A DNA stretch of 64,000 nucleotides, from NCBI GenBank assembly GCA_028868715.1, contig JAGWUB010000001.1:247206-311205 (forward strand), in the 5' to 3' direction. Origin of the DNA: Patescibacteria group bacterium (GTDB taxonomy: Bacteria > Patescibacteriota > Minisyncoccia > Phycocordibacterales > UBA9973). Positions 12,010 to 21,614 of the stretch are shown here, one piece after another. Each line of letters begins with the position of its first letter. Within the stretch, counting starts at the first letter, position 1. The notes under the pieces were generated by a model. It saw nothing but the letters and a program-made list of their open reading frames with translations. It searched no databases and was not told the DNA's origin. Position numbers and translations under genes: made by a program.

Positions 12010-12789
12010 TTATATTGAAGAACGCTTTACTTCCTTTATTTTTGCTCCAGATTTTTCTAAAAGTTTTCCAACTGTTTCCTCTGGGTTCTTAATAAATAAT
12101 TGCTCGGGTAAGGTCTTTTCCTTAAAGTATGTGTTTATTTTTCCTTCCAACATTTTTTTCTTTATATCTGCTGGTTTATCTATTGTCGCTACCTCTTTTT
12201 CAAAAACTTCTGTTATGGTCTTTTTTACGTCTTCACTTATTTCAGATTCGCTCATATATTCAGGTTTCATCGCGGTTATATGCATTGCAATGTCTCTCGC
12301 AAGATCTGGAGTGCCTCCAACTAAGCTCACAATGACCCCAGACTTGTTGTTGTGTACATAAGTACCCAAAACCTCTCCAAGTACTTCATAAACCTCTCCG
12401 AGCTGGATATTCTCTCCAGTTTTTTGGATGACAGGATCGATAAAATCTTTTGATCCTTCTTTCATTTTTGGAATACCATCAGCAATGGCTATGTCCGCTA
12501 GTTTTTGAAGTAAATTTACAAAGTCTTCATTTCTAGACACGAAATCAGTCTCACAGTGGAGTGATACCATTACTGCTTTCTCACCATTAGTTTTTATACA
12601 AACACTTCCATCTTTAACTTCTCGGTCTCCCTTTTTTAAGGCAATATCAGAACTTGTTTTTTTCAAGATAGCCAAGGCCTTTTTCATATCTCCTTCGGCT
12701 TCTTCCAAGGCTCGTTTACACTGCATTACAGAGATGCCAGTGCTATCTCGTAATTCTTTTATAAGTTCTGTTGTTATTTGTATAGCCAT
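12010..12789 (-). CDS. tsf: Elongation factor Ts
   Basis: IKELRDSTG..MQCKRAL, CETDFV, follows rpsB. Confidence 0.97.
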   Translation of the reverse strand: MAIQITTELIKELRDSTGISVMQCKRALEEAEGDMKKALAILKKTSSDIALKKGDREVKDGSVCIKTNGEKAVMVSLHCETDFVSRNEDFVNLLQKLADIAIADGIPKMKEGSKDFIDPVIQKTGENIQLGEVYEVLGEVLGTYVHNNKSGVIVSLVGGTPDLARDIAMHITAMKPEYMSESEISEDVKKTITEVFEKEVATIDKPADIKKKMLEGKINTYFKEKTLPEQLFIKNPEETVGKLLEKSGAKIKEVKRSSI

Positions 12790-12839
12790 ATAATATTATT
12801 CCTTCAGTAAATTCCTGAAGAAAGAGTTACTAGTTAATT

Positions 12840-13595
12840 TTATTGAGTCTCTTGTTTCAGTTCTACTTTTTTATCTAGAGCTGGAACTGATAGTGTTCCT
12901 TTTTTATAAGCATTGGCCAAGGCTAAAGTGAAGAATTTAATTGACGGGATGACGCCATCATTAGCCACGATAGGGTAGTCAATGTTTCTGATGTCTGAGT
13001 CAGAATTTACCAAAGAAATCACGGTTACTCCTGACTTTTTGCCTTCAGTTGCCGCAATATGCTCGTTTTTTGCATCTATGATAAACAAAGCATCTGGAAT
13101 TTTTTTCAAACCGATAAGTCCGGAATAATATCTGGAAAGTTTTTCCATTTTCTTTGCCATCATTACTCGTTCCTTCTTTGTATATTTTTCAAGCTCACCC
13201 ATGGCACTATCTTTTTGATAAGTTTCAAGCTCGGTAATTCTTTTTTTGATTTCTGGAAAGTTAGATATCGTGCCTCCAATCCAGCGCTCGGTAACATAGG
13301 GCATACCCAGTGATTCGGCTATCTCCTTTATCGCCACCTTGGCTTCAGGCTTGGTGCCGACGAAAAGCACGATTTTACCTTCTGCGCCCAGGGTCTGTAT
13401 ATGCTTTTTTGCCTCATCAAGCAAAACACTTGTCTTTTCAAGGTCAATTATATCGCCCTTATTTTTAGTCGTGTATATATATGAAGAGACCGAAGGGTGT
13501 CTTCGGGTCTTACTGTAGCCATAATGGGCTCCAGCTTTGAACATTTGTTCTACCACTGTATCATTACTATCTTTCACAATATCTCCTTTTTGCAT
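12840..13595 (-). CDS. rpsB: 30S ribosomal protein S2
   Basis: AGAHYG, LFVGTK, RWIGGT..N, PDALFIID, IVANDG. Confidence 0.97.
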   Translation of the reverse strand: MQKGDIVKDSNDTVVEQMFKAGAHYGYSKTRRHPSVSSYIYTTKNKGDIIDLEKTSVLLDEAKKHIQTLGAEGKIVLFVGTKPEAKVAIKEIAESLGMPYVTERWIGGTISNFPEIKKRITELETYQKDSAMGELEKYTKKERVMMAKKMEKLSRYYSGLIGLKKIPDALFIIDAKNEHIAATEGKKSGVTVISLVNSDSDIRNIDYPIVANDGVIPSIKFFTLALANAYKKGTLSVPALDKKVELKQETQ

Positions 13596-13699
13596 CTGGT
13601 TATTCTAGCAGAAACCAAGGCCTTTTGCAAATCCCAGCTTATTTTTTTAGAAATATTTTAACTTTGCAAAAAAGGCTTTTTTCAGGTAAGATGAGCTCT

Positions 13700-14959
13700 A
13701 TGAGACAATCTAAACTTTTTACTAAAACTCGCAAAGAAGCCCCAGCAGATGAAATATCCAAAAATGCTCAGCTTCTCATTCGTGGAGGCTTTATAAATAA
13801 AGAAATGGCTGGGGTTTATAGCTATCTACCACTCGGTCTAAAAGTTTTTAAAAAAATAGAAAATATTATTCGCGAGGAAATGAACGCTATTGGCGGGCAA
13901 GAAATTGTTCTTTCTTCACTGCAAGAAAAAGAAACTTGGGAACCGACCGACCAATGGAATGATGAAAACATAGATGTGTGGTTTAAGACAAAATTAAAAA
14001 ATGAAACCGAGCTTGGACTGGCGGTGACGCACGAAGCTGCGATAACGAAAATGCTAAAAAACTTTTTGCAATCTTATCGTGATTTACCACAATACGTTTA
14101 TCAATTTCAGACAAAATTTCGTAACGAAATCAGGGCCAAAAGTGGAATTATGCGTTGCCGTGAATTTGTGATGAAAGATCTGTACTCGTTTGATATTGAC
14201 GAAAAAGCTCACTTGGAGTTTTACGAGAAATCAAAAAAAGCATACAAGACCATATTTGAACGAGTTGGCATCGGGCACCTTACTTACCTCACATTTGCTT
14301 CAGGAGGCATGTTTTCACCTTTTTCACATGAATTTCAGACGCTTACTAGCGCTGGAGAAGATACTATATATGTGGATGAGTCCAAGGGTATCGCTATAAA
14401 TAAAGAAGTAAATAATGACGAAGTTTTAGCAAAACTTGGAGTCAAAAAGGAGGATCTGGTTGAACACCGCGCCGTTGAAGTCGGTAATATATTTACTCTT
14501 GGGACACGGTTTTCAGACGCCCTTGATTTGAAATACCAAACAGAGGAAGGAGAAAAAAAGTCTGTATTCATGGGTTCATATGGAATTGGACCAGGGCGGG
14601 TGATGGGTACAGTTGTAGAAGTTCTCTCTGATGATAAGGGCATAATTTGGCCAGAAGCTATAGCACCTTTTCGTGTTCACTTACTTTCGCTTGGCGAAGA
14701 CGAGGCTATAATAGCTGAAGCAAATAAAGTTTACGAAACTCTGGTAAAAAATAAAGTTGAAGTTTTATTTGATGATCGTATAGGCATGTCAGCTGGAGAG
14801 AAGTTTGCTGATGCTGATTTATTGGGTATGCCACTGCGCGCAGTTGTATCACAAAGGAGTATTAAAGAGCTGGGCATAGAACTTAAAAAACGTACCGAGG
14901 AAAAAGGACAGGTCGTATCACTGGACGAATTATTAAAAATGTTAGAGACGAAAGCCTAG
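13700..14959 (+). CDS. proS: Prolyl-tRNA synthetase, short form without editing domain; start probably ATG 13700
   Basis: MRQSKLF, GVYSYLPLG, QTKFRNEIR, REFVMKDLYSF, EVGNIF, MGSYGIG. Confidence 0.95.
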   Translation: MRQSKLFTKTRKEAPADEISKNAQLLIRGGFINKEMAGVYSYLPLGLKVFKKIENIIREEMNAIGGQEIVLSSLQEKETWEPTDQWNDENIDVWFKTKLKNETELGLAVTHEAAITKMLKNFLQSYRDLPQYVYQFQTKFRNEIRAKSGIMRCREFVMKDLYSFDIDEKAHLEFYEKSKKAYKTIFERVGIGHLTYLTFASGGMFSPFSHEFQTLTSAGEDTIYVDESKGIAINKEVNNDEVLAKLGVKKEDLVEHRAVEVGNIFTLGTRFSDALDLKYQTEEGEKKSVFMGSYGIGPGRVMGTVVEVLSDDKGIIWPEAIAPFRVHLLSLGEDEAIIAEANKVYETLVKNKVEVLFDDRIGMSAGEKFADADLLGMPLRAVVSQRSIKELGIELKKRTEEKGQVVSLDELLKMLETKA

Positions 14960-14974
14960 AACGTTACATATTTT

Positions 14975-16021
14975 ATGTTTGATAAATTTTATAAATTAAT
15001 TTCTAATGATATTGGCATAGACTTGGGGACATCAAATACCTTGGTGTATTTGAAAGGTCACGGTATCGTGATAAACGAGCCTTCGGTGGTGGCAGTCAAT
15101 ATCAAAACAAATCAAATTCTGGCCGTCGGTATAAAAGCAAAAGAAATGCTCGGCAGAACTCCAGGACACATCAAGGCTGTCCGACCACTAGTCGACGGCG
15201 TTATTTCAGATTTTGAAGTTACGGAAGAAATGCTTTCCTATTTAATAAATAAAGCTGATAAAATTTCTAAAAAGCTTGCCAGGCCTAGAGTTGTCATCGG
15301 AATACCGTCTGGGACAACCAACGTTGAATCCCGAGCTGTGTACGATGCGGCACATTCAGCTGGCGCCAGAGAAGTTTTTTTAGTAGAGGAACCAATGGCA
15401 GCAGCCGTCGGTATCCGTTTACCAATCAAAGAACCAGTCGGCTCTATGGTTATAGATATTGGTGGTGGCACCACAGACATTGCCGTAATTTCATTGGGTG
15501 GAATTGTTAAGTCAAAAAATTTAAAAATAGCTGGTGATAAACTAAACAACGATATTATCACATACATGCGTGATGAGTTTAAGATATTGATTGGTGAAAG
15601 GACTGCTGAAATGGTCAAAATTGCCATTGGCTCTGTTGCCCCAGGCATTTACATGGAAAGCCAAGTTCATGGACGAGATCTGTTGACTGGATTGCCAAGA
15701 GCTGTGGTGGTAACTGATGCTGACATCCGTGAAGCACTTTCACTATCAATCAGGGAATTGGTGGAAGGTATAAAAGATATGTTGGAGACAACACCACCTG
15801 AAATTTTATCCGACATAATGCATACTGGGATTACTCTATCTGGTGGCGGGGCATTGATATCCGGACTTGCTGAATTTTTGCAAAAAGTTCTCAAAATACC
15901 AGTTTACGTGGTAGAAGATCCGCTTTCAGCTGTGGCGAGAGGTACAGGAGTAATTTTAGATAATATGGAATTTTATAAAGAAGTTTTGATTAGTAATCAA
16001 AATGAGCTACCTCCTAGATAA
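14975..16021 (+). CDS. mreB: Rod shape-determining actin homolog
   Basis: IGIDLGTSNT, EPMAAA, DIGGGTTD, LSGGGAL. Confidence 0.97.
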   Translation: MFDKFYKLISNDIGIDLGTSNTLVYLKGHGIVINEPSVVAVNIKTNQILAVGIKAKEMLGRTPGHIKAVRPLVDGVISDFEVTEEMLSYLINKADKISKKLARPRVVIGIPSGTTNVESRAVYDAAHSAGAREVFLVEEPMAAAVGIRLPIKEPVGSMVIDIGGGTTDIAVISLGGIVKSKNLKIAGDKLNNDIITYMRDEFKILIGERTAEMVKIAIGSVAPGIYMESQVHGRDLLTGLPRAVVVTDADIREALSLSIRELVEGIKDMLETTPPEILSDIMHTGITLSGGGALISGLAEFLQKVLKIPVYVVEDPLSAVARGTGVILDNMEFYKEVLISNQNELPPR

Positions 16022-16901
16022 AAGCCGAAAAAGGAATAGGTTTCTGAAAATTATTTTTGGTATTTTCTTTTTCATTATTTTATTTTATTTTCGAGCAGGT
16101 ATTTTTAATGGACTTTCGTATATAAGTGGAGGCGTTTTTCGCCCAGTTTTAATTTCTAGCAATGGTATTGGTGGAAAAATTAATGATCTTGGCTCATATT
16201 TTTCTTCTAAGAATTCTCTCTATAAAGAAAATTTGGACTTAAAATCTAAGCTGGACGGCAGTGCTGCAGATAGAGCCAACTATGATTCAGTAGTGGCAGA
16301 GAATCAAAGCCTGAAAGAAATTTTAGGCAGAAAAAATATCCAGGCTAACATGATCTTGGGAGCTATTTTAGCAAAGCCAAATCAGAGTTTATATGATACG
16401 CTCTTAATTGATGTGGGTAGTGAACAAGGCATAAAAATGGCAGACAGAGTTTTTGCTTATGGAAATATTCCGATAGGCTACATAGCAGAAGTTAATTCAA
16501 AATCTTCAAAAGTAATTTTACTTTCAAATAGTGGAGAGGTGACACAAGTCGTGGCTTCTATTACTCATAACCCCGCTGACGAGGCAAACAAGCCAATACA
16601 GAGTGACACAGTGACGGTGGACCAAATTACACCTAGCCCTAGTGTTGTCCCTACTCCCGTTGCGCAAGGTAAAAACGTTTCTTTGGAAATAATTGGACGT
16701 GGTGGTGGAAATTTTGAAATGGCTATACCAAACGGACTTAATTTATTTAAAGGAGATCAAGTCGTTTTGCCAGGTATGTCATCTTATGTAGTTGGTATTG
16801 TAGAGACTATCATTTCTGATCCACGTAATTCTTTCCAAAAAGCCTTATTAGTATCTCCAGTTAATATTCAAGGACTTAAATTTGTGGAAGTGCAAAATTG
16901 A
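16002..16901 (+). CDS. mreC: Rod shape-determining protein MreC
   Basis: TM plus coiled coil (ENQSLKEILG) plus LIDVGSEQGI; follows mreB. Confidence 0.9.
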   Translation: MSYLLDKSRKRNRFLKIIFGIFFFIILFYFRAGIFNGLSYISGGVFRPVLISSNGIGGKINDLGSYFSSKNSLYKENLDLKSKLDGSAADRANYDSVVAENQSLKEILGRKNIQANMILGAILAKPNQSLYDTLLIDVGSEQGIKMADRVFAYGNIPIGYIAEVNSKSSKVILLSNSGEVTQVVASITHNPADEANKPIQSDTVTVDQITPSPSVVPTPVAQGKNVSLEIIGRGGGNFEMAIPNGLNLFKGDQVVLPGMSSYVVGIVETIISDPRNSFQKALLVSPVNIQGLKFVEVQN

Positions 16902-18199
16902 TGGATTTTAAAATTGAGAAAAAGTTAAAAAATAGTCTTGGGCGGGCTGGGGTATTAAAAACTGCTCATGGGGAAATCCATACTCCAGCTTTCGTGCCCG
17001 TGGGAACGAAAGCTACGATCAAGGCTCTCACTACTGAACAGGTTTTGGAGCTTGGCGCCGAAGTTATTTTAGCTAATACATACCATCTTTATTTACAACC
17101 AGGAGATGAAATTGTAAGAGATGCCGGTGGCTTACATAAATTTATGAACTGGAATGGTCCAATCATCACCGACTCTGGTGGTTTTCAAGTTTTTTCTTTG
17201 GGCGCTGCTTACGGAAAAGAGATTTCCAAGGTAACAAAGATAACTGATCCTTCACTTTTGATCCCAGAACGTTTTGACGACAGCGATGCTCCGCGGCTGG
17301 CAAAAATTGGACAAGATGGAGTTTCCTTTAAGTCACATCTTGATGGCTCGGTGCATTATATTACTCCCGAAAAGTCTATTGAAATTCAACACAACCTAGG
17401 CGCAGATATTATTTTTGCTTTTGATGAATGTACTAGCCCAACTGAGGACTTACGTTATCAAGAAGAAGCACTGGAGCGAACGCATCGATGGGCAGAGAGA
17501 AGTTTAGCGGAGCATGAAAAATTAAAGAATTCAAAAAAGCAACTTTCTCACGACTCGCACTCTGTCCTGAATATGACTGACCGAGCTTTGGATGCGAAGG
17601 TCGAAGAAAGTTCTTTTTCGAATTCTTCTAAAAATTTTTCTTCCGCACTTTTTGGTATTGTGCAGGGTGGGCGGGATGAAAATTTGCGCAAGAAATCAGC
17701 TCATTTTATGAGTAAGCTAGATTTTGATGGATTTGGGATTGGTGGGAGTTTTGCCAAGGAAGATATGTCTACGGCTGTGAAATGGGTAAATAAGATTTTG
17801 CCAGAGGAAAAACCTCGCCATTTACTTGGTATCGGTGAACCAGAAGATTTGTTTATGGGTATAGAAAATGGGGTGGATCTTTTTGACTGCGTAGCGCCAA
17901 CTCGCAACGCCAGAAATGGTTCGCTGTATACCAAAGGTGGAAAAATAAATATTACAAATACGAAATACCGAAATGACTTTTCAAAAATAGAAGAAGCTTG
18001 CGAGTGTTACACCTGCAAAAGCTATACTCGTGCCTATTTAGCACACCTCTTCCACGGTAAAGAAATGTTAGCTGGAACACTCGCCACAATACACAATCTT
18101 TATTTTATTGTTAGCTTAGTTAAAAAAATTCGACGATCAATCATAGACGAAAACTTCTTCGAATTCAAAAAGGAGTTCTTGAGCGAGTATTCACAATAG
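16898..18199 (+). CDS. tgt: tRNA-guanine transglycosylase with an internal ~35-40 aa insertion
   Basis: TPAFVPVGT, DSGGFQ, GIVQGG, DLFDCVAPTR, CECYTC...H zinc site. Confidence 0.97.
   Translation: MMDFKIEKKLKNSLGRAGVLKTAHGEIHTPAFVPVGTKATIKALTTEQVLELGAEVILANTYHLYLQPGDEIVRDAGGLHKFMNWNGPIITDSGGFQVFSLGAAYGKEISKVTKITDPSLLIPERFDDSDAPRLAKIGQDGVSFKSHLDGSVHYITPEKSIEIQHNLGADIIFAFDECTSPTEDLRYQEEALERTHRWAERSLAEHEKLKNSKKQLSHDSHSVLNMTDRALDAKVEESSFSNSSKNFSSALFGIVQGGRDENLRKKSAHFMSKLDFDGFGIGGSFAKEDMSTAVKWVNKILPEEKPRHLLGIGEPEDLFMGIENGVDLFDCVAPTRNARNGSLYTKGGKINITNTKYRNDFSKIEEACECYTCKSYTRAYLAHLFHGKEMLAGTLATIHNLYFIVSLVKKIRRSIIDENFFEFKKEFLSEYSQ
17516..17640. repeat. In-frame palindromic insert in tgt (divergent member of element family)
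   Basis: Arms AAGAATTCAAAAAAGCAACTTTCT (17525-17548) and AGAAAGTTCTTTTTCGAATTCTT (17605-17627); inner CGAC-TCGCA pairs with TGCGA-GTCG. Confidence 0.7.
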
Positions 18200-18203
18200 C
18201 TTT

Positions 18204-18234
18204 ACCCCCACACCTATAGTATACGTGTGGGGGT
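18204..18234. repeat. GC-rich hairpin after tgt (terminator or small palindromic repeat)
   Basis: ACCCCCACAC-N11-GTGTGGGGGT perfect 10-bp inverted repeat. Confidence 0.6.
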
Positions 18235-19693
18235 TTACATTTTGCGTGTGATTGTTATACTATTTTTACGTTTTAATTTTGCCAAAAAAGTGAAGAAATC
18301 AAAAAAACCGAAAAAGAAAGTAGGGAAAAACTGGAGGAAGTTTTGGAAGCTCGGAGCAGAAGAGTTTAACACTCAATTTTTTGACGTGAGTAAAGAGGGC
18401 GAACTGCTCGCTAAAGAAGGTCACCATATATATAATTTAAAAAATCTAGCTCAAAAATATGGTACACCCCTACAGGTAGTTTTGCCATTTATTATAGAAG
18501 ACCGTTTGAAAGATTTGATCGGTTATTTTCAGGCGTATATGAAAATATATGGCTACCGGGGTAAATTTTACTATCACTACCCGATGAAGGTTAATCAAAA
18601 TAAAGAATTTATTCTTTCTCTTATTTCTGAGGGAGCAAATCTAGAAGCAACATCTGCCAACGAACTTTGGCTTGTAAAAAAACTTTGGGAAGGAGAAAGG
18701 TTTAATAGTAAAATTCGCGTACTTTGCAATGGTCCAAAAACCGAACAGTATTTGGATTTAATAGAAGAATTGAGAGGTAAGGGAATGAATGTGGTTCCCA
18801 TTATGGAGTCTCTAGATGAGATTGATAGACTTTCAAAATACAAAGGCGACATCGGAGTGCGAGTAGATCTAAATGTTAAGGCTGACTCACACTGGGATAA
18901 AAAATTTGATCGATTTGGACTATCGGAAAAAGATGCCCTTGGTTTGAGCAAGATGAAAAATCTTAAAATTATGCACTACCATATGGGTTCTCAAATAAAA
19001 ACACAAAAAAGTATTTTTGATGGAGTGAAGCATGGATTTGGTATATATAAACAATTACAGAAAACACATCCAAACCTTGATACCCTAGACATCGGTGGAG
19101 GATTTGGTATTCCATATGAAAAGAAAAAGTTTTATACCGCCAAGGGTGTTTCTAGTAAAATTATTAAAATGTTGAAAAATTTATCAGACAAGGAGGGAAT
19201 CCGACATCCAAACTTGGTAATAGAATGGGGGCAATACATTGTAGCTCCGGCGCAGGTGACTATTTACAAAGTGCTTTCTGAAAAATCTATTCCAAAGGCA
19301 AACGCTAAATCTTGGTACATAGTTGATGGTAGTTTTATGAATGATCTAAAGGATACTTGGGCGATTCATCAAAAGTTTTACACAATTCCACTAAACAACA
19401 TGCATAGTCCCTTGAAGACGACTTGGTTTGCCGGTAGTACTTGTGACTCGGATGATAAATATACCGCTGGGGGAAATTACATTTTGATGCCAAAACTTTA
19501 TGAGGACAAAGATCAATATGTAGCTATTTTAGATACCGGTGCCTATCAGGACGGGCTAGCGTCTCACCACTGCCTACTTTCAGCACCAATGAAAATTGTG
19601 GCACAAGACGGTATGATAAAAATTGCTCGTAAGCGCGAAGGTCCAGATGCTATCAGTAAACTTTTTGGTTGGACAAACGGGGACCATAAATAA
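18227..19693 (+). CDS. PLP-dependent fold-III decarboxylase, arginine decarboxylase (SpeA)-like; start uncertain, possibly GTG 18290
   Basis: YPMKVNQ (PLP Lys), HYHMGSQ, DIGGGFG, TCDSDD, GAYQD. Confidence 0.8.
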   Translation: MGVYILRVIVILFLRFNFAKKVKKSKKPKKKVGKNWRKFWKLGAEEFNTQFFDVSKEGELLAKEGHHIYNLKNLAQKYGTPLQVVLPFIIEDRLKDLIGYFQAYMKIYGYRGKFYYHYPMKVNQNKEFILSLISEGANLEATSANELWLVKKLWEGERFNSKIRVLCNGPKTEQYLDLIEELRGKGMNVVPIMESLDEIDRLSKYKGDIGVRVDLNVKADSHWDKKFDRFGLSEKDALGLSKMKNLKIMHYHMGSQIKTQKSIFDGVKHGFGIYKQLQKTHPNLDTLDIGGGFGIPYEKKKFYTAKGVSSKIIKMLKNLSDKEGIRHPNLVIEWGQYIVAPAQVTIYKVLSEKSIPKANAKSWYIVDGSFMNDLKDTWAIHQKFYTIPLNNMHSPLKTTWFAGSTCDSDDKYTAGGNYILMPKLYEDKDQYVAILDTGAYQDGLASHHCLLSAPMKIVAQDGMIKIARKREGPDAISKLFGWTNGDHK

Positions 19694-19696
19694 TTT

Positions 19697-20206
19697 ATGA
19701 AAATTAGAAAAGGTTTCATCTACTCTTTTATTGTTGTCATTCTCTTTGTAGTGGCAGGGTTTGTTTTAATTAGCCGTTCTTCGGTAAATGTTAAACCAGA
19801 AATTTTAGAAATTCCAAATAACACCTCGCAAGCAGAAAATATAAAATACGTAAAAATAGCAGGGAAAAATATAAAAGTTGATTTGGCTTTGACTCCAAGT
19901 GAGCAGAGTCAGGGATTATCCGGACGCGCTTCCCTTGATGAAAATACAGGAATGTTGTTTGTTTTTGATCGACCCGATAAATATGCTTTTTGGATGAAAG
20001 ACATGAATTTTTCAATAGATATGATTTGGATTGGAGAGGATAATAAAATAGTTTTTATAAAAAAGAATGCCTTGCCAAAAGATTATCCAGAAACTTACCA
20101 GCCTGGCATGGACAACAATACCGCTAGGTATGTTTTAGAAATCACTGCTGGTTTTTCGGAAAAAAATAATCTAAAAATAGGGGACGAGGTAGTATTTACA
20201 TACTAA
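19697..20206 (+). CDS. DUF192-family protein
   Basis: QGLSGR, GMLFVF, FWMKDMNFSIDMIWI, YVLEI.AG. Confidence 0.9.
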   Translation: MKIRKGFIYSFIVVILFVVAGFVLISRSSVNVKPEILEIPNNTSQAENIKYVKIAGKNIKVDLALTPSEQSQGLSGRASLDENTGMLFVFDRPDKYAFWMKDMNFSIDMIWIGEDNKIVFIKKNALPKDYPETYQPGMDNNTARYVLEITAGFSEKNNLKIGDEVVFTY

Positions 20207-20229
20207 TATTTTATGATATAATGTTAAGT

Positions 20230-20526
20230 AGCCTTGTGTTAGATAGCTACTCTTCGATTTATATCGGAGAGAGGAAAGTCCGAACACATAGCCCTTTGGG
20301 TTAAACGTAGCGGGTAATTCCCGTCGTCCGCAAGGATAGAGGTGCGAACAGAGACGAGCTCCTTTAGTGGAGGTGAAACGGCAAAATCCTTACGCGTGTG
20401 CAAGATCGTGCTCCGACCTCGGTCGGAGAGAATCGCTTGAGTCCTGTAGTAATGCAGGACCTAGACAAATTGCTATCGCTCCGACCTCGGTCGGGGTCAC
20501 AAAATTCGGCTTATAGACACAAGGCT
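20230..20526 (+). ncRNA. rnpB: RNase P RNA (compact)
   Basis: GAGGAAAGTCC and ACAAAATTCGGCTTA conserved regions, closing P1 AGCCTTGTGT/ACACAAGGCT. Confidence 0.93.
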
Positions 20527-20533
20527 AAAACAT

Positions 20534-20563
20534 GAAAAATCCTCTCGCAAGAGAGGATTTTTC
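20534..20563 (+). terminator. Intrinsic terminator of rnpB
   Basis: GAAAAATCCTCTC-GCAA-GAGAGGATTTTTC. Confidence 0.85.
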
Positions 20564-20571
20564 TACTATAC

Positions 20572-20600
20572 TTGCTTTTTTGTGAGAAGTATGCTATATT
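20572..20600 (+). promoter_or_regulatory. sigma70-type promoter
   Basis: TTGCTT-17 nt-TATATT with TGn extension. Confidence 0.55.
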
Positions 20601-20657
20601 GGCTCCGTGAGTGTAAGGAGTGATTCTTGCATTTATCGTAAACAATATATGTGCCGC

Positions 20658-20690
20658 AAAGGCCCACCGCAAGGTGGGTCTTTGTTTTTT
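20658..20690 (+). terminator. Intrinsic terminator
   Basis: AAAGGCCCACC-GCAA-GGTGGGTCTTT followed by T-run. Confidence 0.75.
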
Positions 20691-20722
20691 TCTGTTCTTT
20701 TCTGATATAATTATTATGCAAT

Positions 20723-21571
20723 ATGAAAAAACAAAAAATTTCAAGGAAGAGGAGATCTACCTTTGGCCGAAAACTAAAACTTCTTCTTGTGTTATTCTTT
20801 TTCGTAGCTGGCGGATTGTTTTACATAATTTTTCATTATGGTTTTGACCCGGCTCTTTTGGCAAAATTGTCATTTTACATAGATCTAGCTAATCCCTCTG
20901 TAAAAATTGTAAGAGTAGAAGAAGGTTTACGCAAGGAAGAGATTGCACAGGTTATGGCAGACAAGCTTGGCTGGGATGAGAAGGGTAAGTTAAGCTTCAT
21001 CAACGCAGAGCTTGCTCTAAATGACACAAATGCTGAGGGGCACTATTTTCCGGAAACATATCTGATCAACAAAGATGCCACTCCTACTGAAGTTAGTACT
21101 ATGATGTTTGATGAATTCTCAAAACAAACTGATAAAATTTTAAAACCGGCTACCAAAAAATCCAAGCAAATAATTAATCAAGATGCAGTGGTAACGATTG
21201 CCTCTATCATCCAACGAGAGTCTAACGGTAAAGGCGACATGAAATTAATTTCAGGTATTATCTGGAATCGTATTTTTAGCGGAATGAAATTACAAATGGA
21301 TGCCACGTTGCAATATGCAAAGGGAAATGAACAAAATGGTTGGTGGGGACAGGTTTCTCCTGAAGACAAAAAGATAGAATCTGCTTACAATACTTACCTA
21401 CATACTGGCTTTCCACCTGGAGCCATTGCCAATCCGGGGATAGCTGCCATTGACGCCGCCTACAATCCACAAAAAACAGACTGCCTTTTTTACTTACATG
21501 ACAAAAATAGACAAATTCATTGCGCCAAAACCTACGAAGAGCATAAGAAGAACATAGATAAATACTATTAA
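20723..21571 (+). CDS. mltG: Endolytic transglycosylase MltG/YceG family
   Basis: EGHYFPETY, IASIIQRE, LQMDATLQY, YNTYLHTGFPPGAIANPG. Confidence 0.9.
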   Translation: MKKQKISRKRRSTFGRKLKLLLVLFFFVAGGLFYIIFHYGFDPALLAKLSFYIDLANPSVKIVRVEEGLRKEEIAQVMADKLGWDEKGKLSFINAELALNDTNAEGHYFPETYLINKDATPTEVSTMMFDEFSKQTDKILKPATKKSKQIINQDAVVTIASIIQRESNGKGDMKLISGIIWNRIFSGMKLQMDATLQYAKGNEQNGWWGQVSPEDKKIESAYNTYLHTGFPPGAIANPGIAAIDAAYNPQKTDCLFYLHDKNRQIHCAKTYEEHKKNIDKYY

Positions 21572-21614
21572 ATAGTTTGCTTTTTTATTAAAATGCTATA
21601 AAATGATTTCATCT

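Noticed and set aside
20620-20847. 75-aa ORF upstream of and overlapping mltG
   Set aside because: It runs through a strong terminator and overlaps mltG out of frame; a non-coding interpretation fits better
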